In this document: positions 63,201 through 64,000 of the stretch, one piece after another
How positions within the stretch are numbered: position 1 is the stretch's first letter
Layout: every line of letters begins with the position of its first letter
From: Microthyrium microscopicum
Lineage: Eukaryota
Length of the DNA: 64,000 bases
Direction of reading: 5' to 3'
Assembly: GCA_010405405.1 (NCBI GenBank)
Contig: MU004238.1
Coordinates: 1,313,530-1,377,529 of the forward strand
The notes under the pieces: model-generated
Databases searched by the model: none
What the model saw: only the letters and a program-made list of their open reading frames with translations
Told to the model about the DNA's origin: nothing
Position numbers and translations under genes: made by a program

Positions 63201-64000
63201 TTAATATTACTTAACCTTTTCTAGTTAAAGTAATCTAAAATATTCTTAATGCTACTTAGGATGTTATTTATAAGCGTTAATATAGCCTAAACTACGTCTA
63301 AGAGACGTATTTACTTAGAACTAGTATCTAAAACGCTATAATAAATAGTGCTTAGTATTTTAAGATATTTTTACTTAATTTTAGCACCCTAGTTTCCTAG
63401 ATTAACTTTACGCTATTAACTCTACTAGTACCTAAATTCCTTCTTAAAATTACTATCGTTATAAAGATTTAAAAGTAAGGAATACCTATTATTAAGAATA
63501 AATTTAATTATATTTGCTAGAGTCTAGTTTAAACCTTTAAAAAAACTTAGGAATAGCTTAATTTACGTCTTAAAGAGCAAGGAATAATATATAGTTCTAT
63601 TATCTTAATATAGATATTTTTAAAGCAATAAATAAAGAAGGGGACTAAAGATCTTTAATATAGCTTTAGTATTAATTTAGGCTTAAGCAATAAGGAGCTT
63701 AATAGTATTCTTACTCTAATTTAGCGCTAAATTGCTTACTAGTACTAGTCTAATTTCCATTAGAATACTTAACACATTAGTAATCTTAAATAGGAGATTT
63801 TGTTTAATATTACTAAGCTAGAACGTCCTCCTTTAGCGTTAGTAATAACAGCTAAGATACTTAAATAGGTAGATCTACGTTACGAAGAATACTAACGGCA
63901 TATAAATTCCACCTTAGAATTTATTATATTATTAAGTAAATAGCTATATTAGGATAAACGCTATCTAAATTACCTTAATAGTAGTTACTACTAAGTCAAT

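Larger units (their letters stand above)
53400..64000. repeat. AT-rich block of RIP-degenerated repeats
   Basis: GC falls steeply over ~53400-53600; TpA excess; no ORFs in the track. Confidence 0.93.

Overview
Filamentous-ascomycete (Pezizomycotina-type) genomic DNA with a sharp three-part structure. A ~29-kb GC-balanced island (~24.6-53.3 kb) holds about 11 genes, most of them spliced: YMC-type mitochondrial carrier, F-box protein, KHA1-type K+/H+ antiporter, cytochrome-b5/acyl-CoA dehydrogenase, RNA14, Sam35-like, GrpB-like, RAD5, NDUFAF6-like and two hypothetical genes. It lies between two AT-rich blocks of transposons degraded by repeat-induced point mutation (RIP). The left block resolves into a pogo/Fot1-like DNA transposon interrupted by two Ty3/Gypsy chromoviruses (A and B), with a third (C) nested inside B; B and C both have perfect 5-bp target-site duplications (TSDs). 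The right block holds a complete minus-strand Gypsy element (E) inserted into an unidentified relic. The most notable observation is that A and E, which have different LTRs, each carry between pol and the 3' LTR the relic of an antisense, multi-intron protein-coding gene, and the two relic proteins share short motifs. Other observations: self-priming primer-binding sites, AT-hook-like motifs after the integrase chromodomain, an un-RIPed MITE with perfect 60-bp TIRs, and a possible decayed LysM gene. All translations in RIPed DNA were done by eye, reading TAA/TAG as former CAA/CAG/TGG/CGA, so boundaries there are approximate.
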